From Rhodosorus marinus CCMP1338 (taxonomy: Eukaryota; Plantae; Rhodophyta), in NCBI GenBank assembly GCA_029953675.1, contig JAMWBK010000013.1, positions 124,001 to 188,000 of the forward strand: a stretch of DNA of 64,000 nucleotides, given 5' to 3'. The translations under genes and the position numbers were made by a program. Below are positions 62,923 through 64,000 of this stretch, in pieces (the stretch's first letter is position 1; every line of letters starts with the position of its first letter). The notes under the pieces were generated by a model. That model made no database searches. It was not told the DNA's origin and saw nothing but the letters and a program-made list of their open reading frames with translations.

Positions 62923-63294
62923 TCAAGCGCTGACCGAAACCGCAGAAACGGCATCCCTAATCATCGGGGAGAGCTTCTTCGTTCGCGACAGGCGAACTAC
63001 ATCGTCGCCCCCACCCACGCTCTTACCATTCACAAACACGTTCGGTACTGTCCTACGACCAGTCTTCCTCGCCAGCGCTTGCTGGATGCGGTTGCCATCC
63101 CTCATCCGATCGATCTCAAACACCACCGCGCCGTCAAACCCAGCCACGTCCCTCACCGCAGAAATCTCCTTCTTCGCCATTGTACAATACGGACAGTACG
63201 ACTTGCTGAACACAACAACAGCATTCTCCTTCACAAGCCGCTCAATCCATTCCTCAATGCTCTCCTCAGCCTTTCTCTCAACTTGCTTCGCCAT
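62923..63294 (-). CDS. Dithiol glutaredoxin (CPYC); an N-terminal extension to 63414 is possible
   Basis: Motifs VVVFSKSYCPYC, TVPNVFVNG and GGGDD. Confidence 0.95.
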   Translation of the reverse strand: MAKQVERKAEESIEEWIERLVKENAVVVFSKSYCPYCTMAKKEISAVRDVAGFDGAVVFEIDRMRDGNRIQQALARKTGRRTVPNVFVNGKSVGGGDDVVRLSRTKKLSPMIRDAVSAVSVSA

Positions 63295-64000
63295 CGCCAC
63301 CACAACCCCTCTCTTAACAAATACTAAAAAAAACCACCACCGTTTTTTCACAGAATACAATCTCCTCTCTACTCTACTCTCTCCCTCTCTGTCTCTCTCT
63401 CCAAACAACTTCACCTAACCCACCTTCAGAACTCCAGTCCGAACCCTTTAAGTACTCATAGTCCTCGCCTGCATCTACCCAACCAACTAGGCCCCTTCCC
63501 TACCCTCCTAATACCAGTCTTCTCAACTAGTACAACTGTCATCCATCAGCTCCAAACCAACATCCCCCCCAGAAACGAAAATCAATCAATAAAAAGATGT
63601 ATCAATCAAAACATTTTCTCCGCAAGTCCTCCCGGCAGCATTTAAACCAAACTCCTACCCCTCTTTCCCAAACCGTTCCTTTTTGGTTCTTTTCCTTCTT
63701 ATTTTCATTATAATTGATATTATTATTTATCCGAGTTTGCAGATACCCCCTTCTCAGATGGTGTTTTTTTGCTGGCTGTGGAATGAAATTTTATTCAATT
63801 TCTGGAAACGAAGAAATAGGTATTTTTAACCCCCCCTCCCTCTTATCAATAAATCCTGAGATTTATAACCTAAATATGTTTTATTTATGATTTTAGAGTA
63901 TTTGGGTGTACTTTCAAACCCCCTCCTGTTGCTATCGGCAGAAATATTTGTTTTTAATAATTTCTGGAATCGTCTGGTACGTTCAAGAGAAATAGGTTGT

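Noticed and set aside
62695-63327. 210-aa plus-strand ORF
   Set aside because: Antisense to glutaredoxin with no recognisable domain.
1-64000. rRNA or tRNA genes
   Set aside because: No recognisable conserved rRNA segments or tRNA cloverleaves seen; tRNAscan-SE and barrnap would be needed to exclude them.

Overview
This is eukaryotic nuclear DNA, most likely from a red alga. The evidence is a red-algal-type PsbW and an organellar SerRS, both with transit peptides but no ER signal peptide, plus short GT-AG introns with CTAAC-like branch points. About 19 protein genes are supported: TM/EGF/RING-H2 ligase, RWP-RK transcription factor, alpha/beta hydrolase, RMD1/DUF155, PsbW, PP2C, WD40-coiled coil, THOC3, bystin, PPR, DNA2, RPL23, IBA57, proteasome beta5, SerRS, glutaredoxin and three hypotheticals. 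The long intergenic tracts contain decayed mobile DNA: gypsy and copia fragments, a probable Helitron remnant, and three tandem zinc-knuckle/restriction-like-endonuclease (RLE) retroelement 3' modules, one with an intact ORF. The best leads are the RLE triplet, the RWP-RK protein with a spliced C-terminal PAS-like domain, a ~220-bp structured tandem array upstream of bystin, inverted CCAATGTTA arrays in a divergent promoter, and a nested palindrome between PSMB5 and SerRS. All family assignments come from reading motifs by eye; no database searches were run. Exon boundaries were derived by hand.
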